Positions 23,225 through 36,031 are shown, counted from the whole stretch's first letter. The stretch is 56,232 nucleotides of DNA, filler included, from Basidioascus undulatus (GCA_000826855.1; 5 parts of 5 records of this genome joined end to end with filler, not necessarily neighbours in it), one strand, 5' to 3'. Numbers and translations are program-made. Notes: generated by a model not told the origin, from the letters alone.

Positions 23225-23790
23225 TTACCAACAAGGGGGATGTCGAGCTTGTCGAGGAGGATAGCAAGCGATACATATTCGTGCGTGGAACGATCGGGAC
23301 CGGATGGAAGAGTGCACACTAACAGGTGTGAGTACGTGGCGAAGACGGGGCAGAGCGTTTCTGGACAGACTCGTGATGAAGGAAGATATGATGTCCAAGT
23401 TGTACCAGTAATCCAGCTCCAGCGTCTCGAGAGAGGGATGAGCGGGAGCGACCCCAGACTCTGCCGTGAAGAAGGGTGGGCGGTACACCTTGAGGGATGG
23501 GCAGGAGAATGAAAGGGGATCGATATGATCTGCGGGCTCCGATGATTGGAGCCGCAAGATGGCGAGGTGCCCGCCGATTGCGCTGAGAGCACAGCGGAGG
23601 GGATTCTGGGGTAAATGAAGAATTTCAAGATGAAAATCGCGGAGAGCGGGAAGATGCGAGTGACTGAGCATGTGCAAGGCAAGTTCGTCACGAGTACGGT
23701 TGTAGGAGATTCAGCGATCGACGTTGTAATCTCGAGCGGATGAAAACGGGGAAGGTCAAGGCCCGAACACGGAGGTGTAACGCCCACGCG
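23225..23790 (-). pseudogene. LRR/F-box-type C-terminal fragment, probably decayed
   Basis: LPALRDFHL..., SCPSLKVY..., HPSLETLEL..., RNALPRLRHV are repeated LP.L..L.L units typical of basidiomycete F-box/LRR proteins. No intact start or upstream frame was found. Confidence 0.4.
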
Positions 23791-24700
23791 AGCGGGATAA
23801 GCCCGAGAACTTGTCGAAGGATGCGCGTGTAACTAAGCAAAGTTCTTGCAAGTGGGCAGCTCCCGAGACCGGATACCCCCTCCCGCCCGGCCAAACGCTC
23901 GGCGCCCTCTCGCCTCGAGTCCCTTTCGAAACGAACTGCTTTGGCGCCGTCTACCGGCGCGCCCTCTGATCCGCGGCACGCGCCGCATCGAACGCCTGCA
24001 CGGAAGGCGCCCACGGCGAACGAGACGTTTCCTCCGAATGTGAGCGACACATGAGGAGTCGGAAGCGTTCGTCGCGCGCTTTGCGGTGGTGTCGTGAGGC
24101 AGGATTCCTGTATAAGATGCTTTCATATTTTTGTTCATTTCATTTCATGCAGCTTTACATACTGTGCGACCTCTGTAGGTTAAAACCGCAACCGAAACGC
24201 GGCCGTCTGCGTCCTGCCACCTTCTACCGTTCCTGAGCGATAAGATAGTCACTGTAGTAAAGCTACTTCACGTTTAAGATGGCAAAACTTTAGCTGTCTT
24301 GCATACTGGTATTACATGCGCTCGCTTGTTCGCAGCCCGTCGTTTTCAGCTCCTCGTTGCAATGCAGGGCTGCCTTGAGACACGCCATCAGCCTACGTCA
24401 GTGTCATCACCTTCATAACCCACGCTTACATACTTTACCGAATTCATATATGAGACTGGTTGAAGGAGCAGGCTCATTCCCCAGGGTCGACCGACAGAAT
24501 TGCCTCGCCATATATCGGCCACACCGCATCACCACGACGGTCGTTTTGCCAAATCATTCGCTCCGACACCCGGGACTGCAACTTTGCCACCAAACTTTGA
24601 CTAAAATCTATGTCTGTAATATACCCTTTCTTAGGATAATCCTGGTTTAAACGACTTTACAAAGGTGAAATCGCATCAACAGCCGCGCCATTCGACATCC

Positions 24701-27275
24701 TTAGGCCTTTTCGTCCCAGGAAGCCGACCTCTCCTCGCCCTGGACGGTCTCTTCAGAACCCCTCTGCTCCCTCTCCACCTTCGAGTCCCCGAGGCTGACC
24801 CCGATCTGCCTCACCACCAACCACGCCGGTATGAGACTGAGGCCCCAGAGCCCGAAGTTGAGGCTGCTCGCCCCGACGCTAGCAAACGCCTCGAGACTGT
24901 TCAGCCCGTAAGACACCGCTTGCGCCGCGGACTCTGTGCCACGCAGGAGGCCCGAGATGCGAACGACCTCTTCTTGCGTTTTTGCGAGGTTGCCGACGAC
25001 GAAGTAGAGGTAGAGGTAGTTGAGCTGGAAGCCCAAGACGAGGAAGATGAACAGCGCGAAGCCGCGCCCGAAGCCGGCGTTCGACCAGTCGAGGGTGGGG
25101 TTGGTGCGTTTGAACTCTGAGAAAGGAAGTTCAAAACGTGAGCCTTTGTTTTTTAACCACTGTAACCCCAGCAGTTGTGCGCACCGGTGTTTATGATGGT
25201 CGCCCAGGTCCACCAGGCTCCCTGCAGCGTCAGCACGATGCCAAAAACGGCGCGAGCTCGCGTCTTGAGTGAAATCGCCTTGCGGTCAAGGAAATACTGG
25301 AACAAATGGCCATCAGACTGATGTGTTCTGTGTGACAACTGGCAGAGTGCAACATGGACATACCCCGAGCAGGTTGCCAGAGATGATCGCAACAATTCCG
25401 CTCAAGAACGATCCAAGCGCCCTTGATCGCACAGTGAACCACACTATTTTAGAAAATGCGTCAGAAGCTTTGAACGGTGCAGCATTGGATTGAGTTACGG
25501 GAAAGATAAGTGAACATGACAGCTTCGCTGTACACCGCTTGAGCAATGAGGGGCACGATCAGGAGGAACTAAGACCAGGGAGACATCAGCACAACACCGT
25601 TACCACTGTAAGCGTGGCAAAAGGTACATTGCGGCTGAAGAAAAGCTTGACGGTCGCTTTGATCTCGTGCTTGAACGAGTTGTGGATTGCGAGCTTGACT
25701 TGGGCGCCGTCGGTGCGCTGGACTTTGTTCTGTCCTCAGGCACGATTTATCAGAAGCCCTGCCTTGCTATCTCCGGGCAATGGAAGGGGTTTCACGGGGA
25801 GCGTAAGGAGCAGTCCGGCAAAGGGCCCGATGGCCTCTGTGTTTGTGTTGGCGGTCAGTGCGCTGAATGAGGGGAAGAGAAGGACAATGTGTGTACGCAG
25901 CGCGATGAAAACCAGGAAAACCACGTAGGAGACTGTAGGTGGTTGGCAGAGCTTCAGTTTCCCAGTCTTGTACACAGTGCAGATATACGCGATACACACC
26001 TTTCCCGGCCTGATTGTTGTTCGCATTGATGCCAAGGTCTGCCTCAGCAAGGGCAGGTCAGTAACTTCGTAAATTCGGAGATTTCTGTACAAGCCATCTG
26101 TACTTGCTGATTGCACCACCGAGAATCTGCCCCACTGCGTTTCGCATCTTGTCAGCCTCCACTTCGTGGTCCGTTGTGGAGAAGTGGACCTACAGACTCT
26201 AAAGGAGAGCCAGAAGCCAAGGAAGCGACCTTGGTTCTTCGGCTCGGGATACGCGAGCGCGATAGCGGCCTCAGCCTTACATAAACTGCGTCAGCATAGT
26301 ACGATGTGGGAAGCCGTCCATTCCCTCACCATCCAGAAGATCCCGGCACAGATTCCACAAACGGCTGCTCCGAACAGGACGAGCCATTCGGTGCCGAACC
26401 TGTGGGTTGGCACGCTTAGATAAGTCCAAGTTCCCAAAGCTATACGAGAAGGTTGTTGTACCGGTTATTGGTGTACAGCCCGGCGGCGTATGCTGTGACA
26501 AGAGTGAGCAGAGTGAGCCGTCAGCGGCACGTCCACGCAGGGACAAGCCCAAAACGACAGGTGCGTACGTGCATAGCCGATGGTCCCAAAAACGAGGGCC
26601 CCCTTTATACCCACAAGCTTGACAAAGGGACCTAACATTCACGATCCGCGTTCAGCTCCAAGTGTGGACAGGGATGAGAGCGAGAGCGTCGTACTCGCAC
26701 AGAAGCAAGACACCACCATCAAACCGAAGGTGAGGGCGTTGGCGGCACTGCAGGGTCAGAAATGTCAGAACGAGTAGACACTGACTTGCACCACTGATAT
26801 CCTGGATACTGACTTGACCAGATAAGGCTCTGGGCGACCAAGCAAAATATCAGTTCAGCGAGAGGGATGTGGACGAGGATGTGGAAAGGTCACGCGCGTA
26901 CTCTGTTGTCCTCCGGAACCCTGTACACATTTGATTTGGTAAGCAACAACGTTTATAGGAGATGGTGCGTAGAAAGGAACCTCACAAGCGAATTCATCGC
27001 ACCCCAGATGCCTGCACCCACAAGCTCAAGCAGTCAGCAGCCGTTCACTCCAGCTCTGTTATGTATGATCGCTTGCCTGGAGCCAGAAAATTGCAGATTC
27101 CCAAGATCAGGGCATTGTAGAAAGTAGACCGGTACCTGTTGAGGTCGACCTTTAGCTATATCCAGCAAACTGCTGACTCGGAGCACGGAATGGCTGAGAG
27201 AGAAACGAACCACTTGGGCTTGATCGGAGATGAAGGGACTCCAGCAGTCTCCCTGTCTGTGAGCGTGTCGACCAT
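24701..27275 (-). CDS. UNC-93-like (DUF895) MFS transporter, many exons
   Basis: MVDTLTDRETAG...KWYRSTFYNALILGICNFLAPGIWGAMNSL...AANALTFGLM...YAAGLYTNNRFGTEWLVLFGAAVCGICAGIFW..EAAIALAYPEP...WFTVRSRALGS...GLLRGTESAAQAVSYG; TAA at 24701-24703. Confidence 0.9.
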
Positions 27276-28159
27276 GGCGTACTTCGATCGGTTGGAGTGC
27301 GATGGGCACAAGCCAAGAGTCAGGGGAAGTTAAGAACCAGAGTTGCGAGGGAAGCTGAACCACTCGCACACTTTTTGAGGCGGCGGAGGAAGGTACGCCA
27401 TCGCCTCTCAGTGATATTGTCTAATACTTGAAAGATATTGCGTCTCTGATTAACGTGCTCACTGGAGTGCATACCGCTCAAGAGGCAGACGTTGGCGGCG
27501 GGAGCAAGCGATTGCGCGAGACGGTGGAAGCATGACGACGCGCAACAGGGTACGCGATGCAAGCCCCAGATCTAGCTCCATTCTTTGTAGCTTCAAAGTT
27601 TAAACTTCAGACCGAGGAAAGCTCGAAATCTTGAATACTGTAGATACGACGTACTGAAAACGTGAGCGGAGGCAAAGTCTATGTCGGGTCCTTGTTCAAG
27701 AGCCGTCTGCTTCGTCCTGTGTAACAATGTCAGTATCCGTGTTATATAAGACTACAGATAATGTAAAGCTTAATAGAGGTGAGCCTACCTCTCAAATTCT
27801 CAACTGATTCGATCTATGGCGACAACCAGTCGATGGTTGTTGGCGTGCTAGAGCGTTGCGCTTTGCTCTGACCAACACCAGCTGCAATTATACCTTGTAA
27901 TAACGTTGCCCTAAAAATATAAGGCTTTTCAGAGATCTCTTTCAGATGCATTCAATGTGGGAGCGTCAGGCGTCTCCATCAACTGCTCCCGAGCAACCCG
28001 CGAGCAAGCTGCCCCTCCGAGATCCCAGTGCCAGTCTCGAAAAAGCCCTCCTCGCCCTCCTTGCCGAAGCAGATGACAGTCCCCCCTTCTTCACCAAACT
28101 TAGAGCTCTGTGGGCAACCAGGCGAGTCCCCGTGCCCTCGACTGCTCCTTCCAGCCTAT

Positions 28160-28663
28160 TCAACCATTGCTCGAAGATATGCCACGAGACTCAGACAGAC
28201 ACTCACCGTAGGTCATCCACCCTTTTGTGTTGATAACCTTCCACCCATTCCGTCTCATTATGGCGCGCTCCACCCCGAGCAAGGCCATCCGCTCCTTCAC
28301 TAGCGACACTTCGCGCCGCACGGCTGCTAGCGCGACGGCTCGTTCTGCGGCTGCGTGTTGCTGGATATCTTTGATCGACATTCGGAGGGTATCGGATCCA
28401 GAAGAAGTAGGGGTATGGTGCAGCTCGAGCTCGACGGAGGCGACGAGGGACGCATGGTTATCGAGGCGGAGACGATGCGACAATGCGGCGACTGCGCCGG
28501 CCTGCTGCAGCTGGAGGAAGCGGCAGATGATGGCGATGGTGGCGGCCTTGTCCTCCTTCATGTGCTTGTACTTGTCCCCAATCCTCTCCTTCGTCTGTCG
28601 TCGACTATTGAGTACGCAGCACGCCCCACGCGATAGCCGCATTGCCCAGGAATGCGACAACAC
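28160..28663 (-). CDS. Hypothetical helical/coiled-coil exon of an unassigned gene
   Basis: ORF with amphipathic heptad-like stretches (IKDIQQHAAAERAVALAAVRREVSLVKERMALL) bounded by plausible AG and GTGAGT splice sites; no family recognised. Confidence 0.3.
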   Translation of the reverse strand: MLSHSWAMRLSRGACCVLNSRRQTKERIGDKYKHMKEDKAATIAIICRFLQLQQAGAVAALSHRLRLDNHASLVASVELELHHTPTSSGSDTLRMSIKDIQQHAAAERAVALAAVRREVSLVKERMALLGVERAIMRRNGWKVINTKGWMTYGECLSESRGISSSNG

Positions 28664-29633
28664 TCACCACGCTCGCAGATCCCAGACTGCCCAAGCACTG
28701 CATCCACCATGGCCCAAATGAACCAAATGCAGAACGTCACGGGCGTAAGGGCCCACCAGACCAAGATCGAAACGGTCGCTCGGAGGGAAAGAACTGCCCC
28801 TGGGCGGGGTGGACGTGCAGGGGTTGAAGAAGGCGGTCGGGTGGGTACCGCTGCATGTGATGGCCCCATTGTCTCGAGCGTGGACCGTGAAGATTACGAT
28901 TCAGTCGACCTGGGGGTTTGTATGATGGAGATGGTGGTACTGATGAAGGAGCCAATGTGCGGAAGATGTTATTGTGCGAATTGCGCGCCGCATGCTGTTT
29001 CAACCTCGACCTTCCACGCATGGGTACAGATGGATCAAAATCCTGGTTAAAGATCGATTTAACTTGCCTGAAACCGTTATAGTAAACACTTACTCGTCAG
29101 AGGCACTCGCAAAGTCTGGCAGCATGGTGCAGCGAGCATCACCCGATTCAGTACATAGATTTGTGGAGCGTGATTGCGACGGGTCGATACAGAAAATTAA
29201 ATGCAAAGCTCAAGTCGTAAGGTACCCAAAGCTCGCCTTGTCGGGAGGGTTGAATTGGATGTGGAATGTGCTTGCCAGATGCTCGGAAACGGCAGCCGGG
29301 CAGCGGGAGAGGTAGATCTCGGTTTTTGCGCTTCAAGCTCATGCACGACATCACAGCAAGATGCAAGAGCGTGCGACGAAAGCGATGGAGAATGGTGTTG
29401 GTCGTCGCGTCGAGGTTCAGACGACAGGCTCCAGGGGCAGTGCGAACGAACCACAGACCCTGCAGTCCCTGATCACATACAGCCTTTCGACCAGCGCGAA
29501 CCCATGGTATATGCAATCCCTTCCTCCCCGACCCGAATATAACACAAAGAAGTCGTGCATAAAGTACCCTCCCCCGCCCTCTTTCGCATCTTTATAGTCC
29601 ATCAACCCAACATGAAAACCCCAAGAGGAGCGA

Positions 29634-31688
29634 TCACCAGAACAGCTCTTTCAAGATGCGCGCCGTGTCCTCGGGGCTCGTTACGGTGTGGCCCGCTGTG
29701 CGCGAGTCCTCGAAGATCTCGTAGTCGTTCCCGCCGGGGTAGGTCTTGTCGCCGCTGTTCCACCCCACCGCATCAGTACACGCCATGCCATTTCGCACGG
29801 AGGAGAGAGGGAGAGCGGAGGTCGAGAAGGGACGAGGAAGGGAGAGGGAGACGAGGAGAGGAAGAGCCGAGAGGGGGAGATCATAAGGCGGAGGGGGATA
29901 AGGAGACGAACAAGAAGTGGACTGTCGGTGAGGAAGGGAGGTCAGTAACTTGAGAAGGTAGCGAAGGTGGGGAGAAGGGGAGGGGAAGGAAGGAAGGCGA
30001 CGTACTCTCTTTGAACCCCTCGTGCTCGATATGCCGTAGCGCGTAGGTCTTGTCCCAGCCGCTGCCGATGCGCGCAAGATCAGTTTCTGCCGCTCCCCCA
30101 CATCCATTTTCCTCTCCTTCGACTCTTACCGAGGGAACTGTGGACGCCCAGGATCAGTCAAGAGGGAGGGCGGTGGGCAAGTGGGATGGGAACGGGGATG
30201 GGGATTGCGAATGAGGAAGTGGGACGCACCACATCAAAGCTGATCTGCCCGCCGATCGAGTACGTCAAGTCAAGGTCGGCAAACTTGTCCTTGAGCGTGT
30301 CGACGAACTTGGCGCGGACTTTGTGGATCTGGCCCATCCATCCTCTCCAAAAATAAGCAATCCAGTGTGGAAACAACCTCATCGTCGTCGAATGGGCCGT
30401 CGTCGGAGGAGGGAAGAAGGAGGAGTGGAGGAGGAGAGGGGGTGGGAAAGGAATGGGAGGGGAGGAAGAAGGAGCTGTGAAGGGAGGGCGCACCTTGTCG
30501 TACGCCTCGAAATCGTGGCGCTCCTGAACACTAGAGGCGAGGGGAGAAGGTTAGCTTGGAGGAGGGGAGGACCGAGGAGATGTGGAGAAGGAGGACGGAG
30601 GGGAGAAGGAGAAGGGAGACATACGAAGCGTTCCGCCCGATTGGGCTGACGTTGATCATCCCGTTCCGGAACTCGACGAAGGTGCCGCTGTTCCCAATAC
30701 CCACACGCAATAAGCATCAAGCGTCCATCACCAAGCGCCCATCATCAAGCAGCGGGAGGAGTGGGAGGGGATCGAGAAACTGGGCCGCACCGCTTGATGG
30801 GAACATCGATCTCCGAAAGGTAGCGCAGGATGAAGTTGACGAGCTGCTTGTACCGCTCCTCGCCGAGGTGCTTGATGAAGCTCTGCGAGGCAAGCTCGGT
30901 GCCCAGGCGGTAGGCCGTCAGCCCGTTCTCGGCGAAGGCGTAGTCGAAATTGTCGGTCACTGCGAGGGAGGGGGGCGTCAATACCGGGCAGAAAGGTAAG
31001 TGGTATCGGTTGCGCGAAAGGAATAGGAAATGTGAATGGGAACGCGGAAAGGGAGATGGCAAAGGAAGAGGAAGAGGGAGTGGGATGGGAAGTGGGGGGG
31101 GGACGCGGCCAGGGGGAGGGTGCAGGAAAGGGGCAGGCAGGGGAGAAGGGGAAGAGAGGAGCAGGGGGGAAGGATGGAGAGAAAGGAGGAGAGGGATTGG
31201 AACATAAAGGAGACGGGACAGCAGGCAGAGGATGGGAGGGAAGACAAGCGAGCAGGCCTCGAGACGCACCAGTCTGCCCAACGACCGCAAGCTGCTCGGC
31301 GATCTTGACGAGGTCGGAGCCGCCAACTGCCCGCGCGCATTCGCACCATTAAGCACGATCGATTTAGGAAAGATAGTCGGGGACTTGAGACGCACCGAAG
31401 CCGATAACGACCTTCTTGCGCAGCTCGCGCAGGAGGTCGTGCATCTCGGGACTGGCCGTCTGTCCCATCCCGGTCCCACAACACATCAGCTCCCACCTTC
31501 TCTTACGTTCAAAAAACAAGAAGAGAGCGCACCAAACGCGCAGGCGTAAGCGTCCCATCCACCTACCCCTCCTCTTCTCTATCAGCCACGTGCGAAACCG
31601 GGAGGAAACGAGGAAGACGCACGTCGAACAAGCAGATCGTGTCCGGCCGCTCGCGCGCGCCGAAGTTGGTCTTGGCGGGGGTGGACAT
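29634..31688 (-). CDS. SEC53: Phosphomannomutase (eukaryotic PMM, HAD family)
   Basis: [98 protein letters not shown] at 29634-29636. Confidence 0.97.
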
Positions 31689-32177
31689 GGCGGGTAGAAT
31701 GAAGGGTTAAGAAGGGTAGAAGGAGGGAGGGATGGTGAGGGGAGGAAAGCAAGAGGGGGTAGAAGGGGAGGCTGCAATGCAAGGTGGGTGGGACGCGCTG
31801 GCGCAAGGCACGCTGCTGGACTTTCAGGCGCGTCGGGGTGAGACATTCTGGACCTGCGCGTCGACGAGCCTCTGCCAGTGGACGGCCTCGATCTCTCAAC
31901 GTTCGAAGATGGAATGGTAGTTGATTAAGATGTAAAGAGTGGGCATTTAATTTGTTTCCAAACACGACGTATGTACTTCAGAAGTAAGAATGAGAGAAGG
32001 CAGCTGGAATCGACGTGTCTTCTCTCTTCGTTCATTACGCAACCTCGCTTAGTCAGCCACGTGCGCTCTTCTCTCGCTCGCGGCAAGAAACCTCCTCCCT
32101 CCCATCTCCCATCTCCCTCCCCTCCCACCTCCTTTCGTCCCTACCGCCCCTCTTCTCCCCTCCACTCCCGACGCATC

Positions 32178-33703
32178 ATGGCATTCACCTTCCTCCCGCC
32201 CCTCCCGGCTCCCGAAGACCCGTACCCCTCCGCAGTCCGACAGCACCCCGAGATCGAGATGGACCTTGACCTGGAGGACGAGGACGATGCGGGTGTGGGG
32301 AGCTCGAAGCTCACTAGTCCTGGGGAGGTTATTACTAGTGCTACGGCTTTTATGCGGTGCGTCTGATAGCTTCGGGGGCTGGGGAGAGGAGAAGGAAAGG
32401 GGAGGGGAAGTGGGCTGGGTGATGCTGATAGTGCGGGGGGCGGACGACAGTGGACACGGCACGTACGTCGACGAGGACAAGGTCGTAGCGAGCGTGCCGG
32501 GCTTGGTAGAAAGGGTGAACAAGCTTGTGTCTGTGCGACCGTTGCGGACGAGGTGCGTTTCTCCCCATCGTATCCCTCTTCTTCCTTCTTTCTTCTTTCT
32601 TTCCTTCTTTCTTTCCTTCCTTCCTTCCTCGGATGTGAAAGAGAATGGTCTGGCTGAGCATGGCGGAGGGACGAAAAGGTACAACCCCGAAGTCGGCGAC
32701 CTCGTCGTGGGCCGGATCACCGAGGTCGGCCCTAAGCGGTGGAAGGTCGACGCCTACTCGCGCCAGGACGCAGTGCTCATGCTCAGCTCAATCAACTTGC
32801 CTGGTGGTGTGCAGGTGGGTTGTCCCCTTCCCTTCCGTCTTCCACCCTCCTCCCTGCCTCCTTTTCCATTCCCCCTCGAAGCCTCCTTTTCCGAATCCGC
32901 GAGCCCCAAACTGACCCCCATGAGGAATGGAACAGCGCCGCAAACTCGAGTCCGACGAGCTGCAGATGCGCAACTTCTTCTCCGAGGGCGACCTCCTCGT
33001 CGCGGAGGTCCAGGCGTTCTTTGCGGACGGGGCGATGTCGCTGCATACGCGGTCGTTGCGGTACGGGAAGGTGCGTCTTTCCTCTCTTTCCCCCTTTTCT
33101 TCTCCTCCCCTCCCACTTCCCCACCTCCTCCCGCGGAAGATAGCTGATTTGCGAGGCGCAGTTACGCAACGGTCTCCTAACCACCGTCTCCCCCGCCCTC
33201 GTGCGCCGTCTGAAGAGTCACTTCCACACGCTCCCCTGCGGGGTGGACCTCATCCTCGGCCTGAACGGGTACATCTGGATCTCTATGCACGTCCCCGGCT
33301 CCGGGGGCGGCGAGGATGGCGCGGGGGGTGCGGAGGGCGGCGCGGAAGGGGAGGGCTTCGAGGCGGAGGGGGTGTATAGCGGGGTTAATGATGTTCGTCT
33401 GCCTTTCCCCCTCGCCACCCCCTTCTTTCTTTTCTGTGTGTTTCGATACGGAGCTTCTGTGCTTAGGGGGGGCTGAAGGACAGCGGACTGATTGAGGGAA
33501 TGGACCGGGCAGGACATCCCCCCCGCGACCCGCACCGCCCTCACGCGCGTGCGCAACGTGATCCAGGCGCTCGCGGCGCACAACATCCCGCTGACGGACG
33601 CGGTGCTCGCGGAGGCGTATGACTTGGCGGTGGAGCTCGAGGAAAACGCGGGGGGAGGGCCGGGGGTTCTGATGAGGGAGGAGGTGAGGATCAGGTCGTC
33701 GAG
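32178..33703 (+). CDS. RRP4: Exosome complex subunit Rrp4; 3' end at the gap
   Basis: PGEVITS...[40 protein letters not shown]...[63 protein letters not shown]. Confidence 0.97.
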
Positions 33704-33803
33704 NNNNNNNNNNNNNNNNNNNNNNNNNNNNNNNNNNNNNNNNNNNNTTAATTAATTAANNNNNNNNNNNNNNNNNNNNNNNNNNNNNNNNNNNNNNNNN
33801 NNN
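33704..33803. other. Artificial contig linker
   Basis: N44-TTAATTAATTAA-N44. Confidence 0.98.
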
Positions 33804-35581
33804 CGCCGCCGCCGCCGCCGCCGCCGCCGTCGCCCGCGGCGAGGTCGAGGTCGATCATGCCCATACCCGCCGCCGCGTCGAGGTCGATCTGCCGCACAGT
33901 TTGCTCGGCGCCATAGTCAGGTATCGAGACGGTCAGGCCGCGCCCGCGCGACTGGCCGAACGCCCCGCCCATGAAGGGGAAGTCGTCAGGGTCTTCGGCG
34001 TTCGGGTCGTCGAAGATGCGCATGAGCCGATTGCGGGGCGCGATGCCGACTTGTGCTGGCCGCAGGTCTGAAGGTACGCTGGGTCAGCGATTGCACATCC
34101 GCGATGCTGAGCAAAGATCGCACCTTCCAGCGAACTGTGTGGCTCCGTCTCCTCCGGTCGGAGCGTCTGTAGAAGATTTATCAGCTGCATCAGTGGCTGG
34201 GACAGCGCAATCCCGACGCACCGAGTAGTCCCAGCCACTCATGCGCTGATAGTTGACGTTGAAAGTGGCCTCCCTGTGAAGCCCATGCGTCAGCGCCAAA
34301 AGAGAAGGACACTCAAAAGAAGCCTCGCGGACTCGTCGTCTTCGTCGCCCCACACCTCACCAGCGATACTGGTCCGCTGTCCGCCGCGCATCTGCCACGT
34401 CTCGTACCGCGCCTGGAGCTCGCGGAGGTTGGAGACGGGCACTTTCGCAGCGGATTTCAGCCACTTGGTCTTGAGCATCTCCTCCGCCGAGAGACGCTGC
34501 ACCACACGAACCAGTCAGCTCTCACACTGAACGCAGATCCTCAAACACCCAGCTCAACCAGACTCACATCGCCCGGAAGCATCTGCAAGCACGCCGCGGT
34601 CGTCTCCCTCATCTCCTTTGAAAACGGGCCCGTGTCCGACAGGCGCGCAGGCGGGCTGCGCGGGATGAGGAAGATGGCTTTCATCCCCTCCTGGTCCGCG
34701 TACGGCGGGCAGTTCTCGACCATCTCAATGATTGTGATGCCGAGCGACCAGATGTCGGCTTTCGTGTCGTACGCGCGGCCGCTGCCCGAGTATGCGCCCT
34801 CGGCGATGACTTCCGGCGCCATCCAGTACGGCGTGCCGACGAAGGTGGTGCGCTTCGAGTTCGCGGAGGGGAGAGAGGCGCTGATGCCAAAGTCGCAGAG
34901 AAGGATGCGACCGGCGGTCGTGAGGAGGATGTTGGCGGCTGTAAGGACCCTCGGCATGAGCTTTCCGGCTGAAAACACTGGCTCCTGAGGAAAGTTGACC
35001 TTTGATGTCACGGTGGATGATACCGGTTTTGTGGAGGAAAGCCAGAGCGACCAGCACCTCTCGCACGATGAGCACGACGAACTTCTCCTCGAGCTTCGGC
35101 GAAGCTTTCATCTGCTCCCCGCACGCCTCCTTCAGCGTACCGCGCACCCCAGCACATCACTTTCGATAAGCCAGCGTACCAATGTTCTAACGCTCCCACC
35201 TCCCGCATAATCCATCACAATCCAAAGCTTTGGCCCCTCGAGGTGACAGCCATAGTACCGCGTGATGTTCTTGCCCTCGGCATCGCGGAGCTGGCTGAGG
35301 AGCGCAACCTCGCGCTGGATGTCGGCGACGTCCTCCTCTATGCCCGCGGCGCTGCCGGCGATGTCAAAGTCGATGACCTTGATCGCGACGACGAAGCCGG
35401 TGGGGATGTGCGCGCCTTTCCAGACGCTGCCGTACGCACCCTTGCCGACGATCTGGAGCGGACGGTAGAGCGCTGAGGGCGTTGCAGTCTGGTGCGCGTG
35501 CGAGGAGAGCGACTGGAGGAAGGCAGGCGGCGGTTGGGCGTACTCGCGCGGAGGGGGACCGGCCAAAACGTTGGAAGCCAT
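33804..35581 (-). CDS. KIC1: Ste20/GCK-family Ser/Thr kinase, Kic1/Nak1-like; 3' end truncated by the gap
   Basis: VGKGAYGSVWKG, VAIKVID, DVADIQREVALLSQLR, NITRYYGC.L.GP.LWIVMDYAGGGSVRTL, HRDIKAANIL, LCDFGISA, KRTTFVGTPYWMAPEV, YDTKADIWSLGIT. The Kic1 subfamily call is by eye. Confidence 0.85.
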
Positions 35582-36031
35582 CACTCGAGAGCGAGGCGAG
35601 ACTGCGCGGCGAGGATGCGGGTCTGCTGAGGGCTTCGAGAGTCGCGCAGGCTGGCTGGACGCACAGTCGAGAAGAACTGGAGCGCCTGCGCTGCTGCGAT
35701 GGGTGCGATAGCGAGTCTGGTTGTTTGAACGGCGAGAGCGAGGTTGTGAACGGACAGGGTGAGCAAGGGTGAGTGAGGGTCGGGGAGGGCGAAGGCGCGT
35801 GCTGAGTGTGTCCGGCGGTTTGGAACGGCCCGGCCAAGTTCTAACACCATTCTGCACGAAATGGCAAAATCACTAATTTGGTTGATTCTGCCCCAAACTG
35901 TACATCAGCCTCTGAGGTTCGGACGAGAGCGCCCAACCGGCCGGCAGCGCCTGACTGAGGGCACTCGACCGAGTCCTTGCCCTTCCTCCTTGCTCATCAA
36001 CCTTCATTTTCTCATTCGACTCGGCGCCAAC

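Noticed and set aside
33804..33830. (CGC)n run at a contig start
   Set aside because: Poly-Gly coding microsatellite in the kinase tail where the assembly broke; ordinary.
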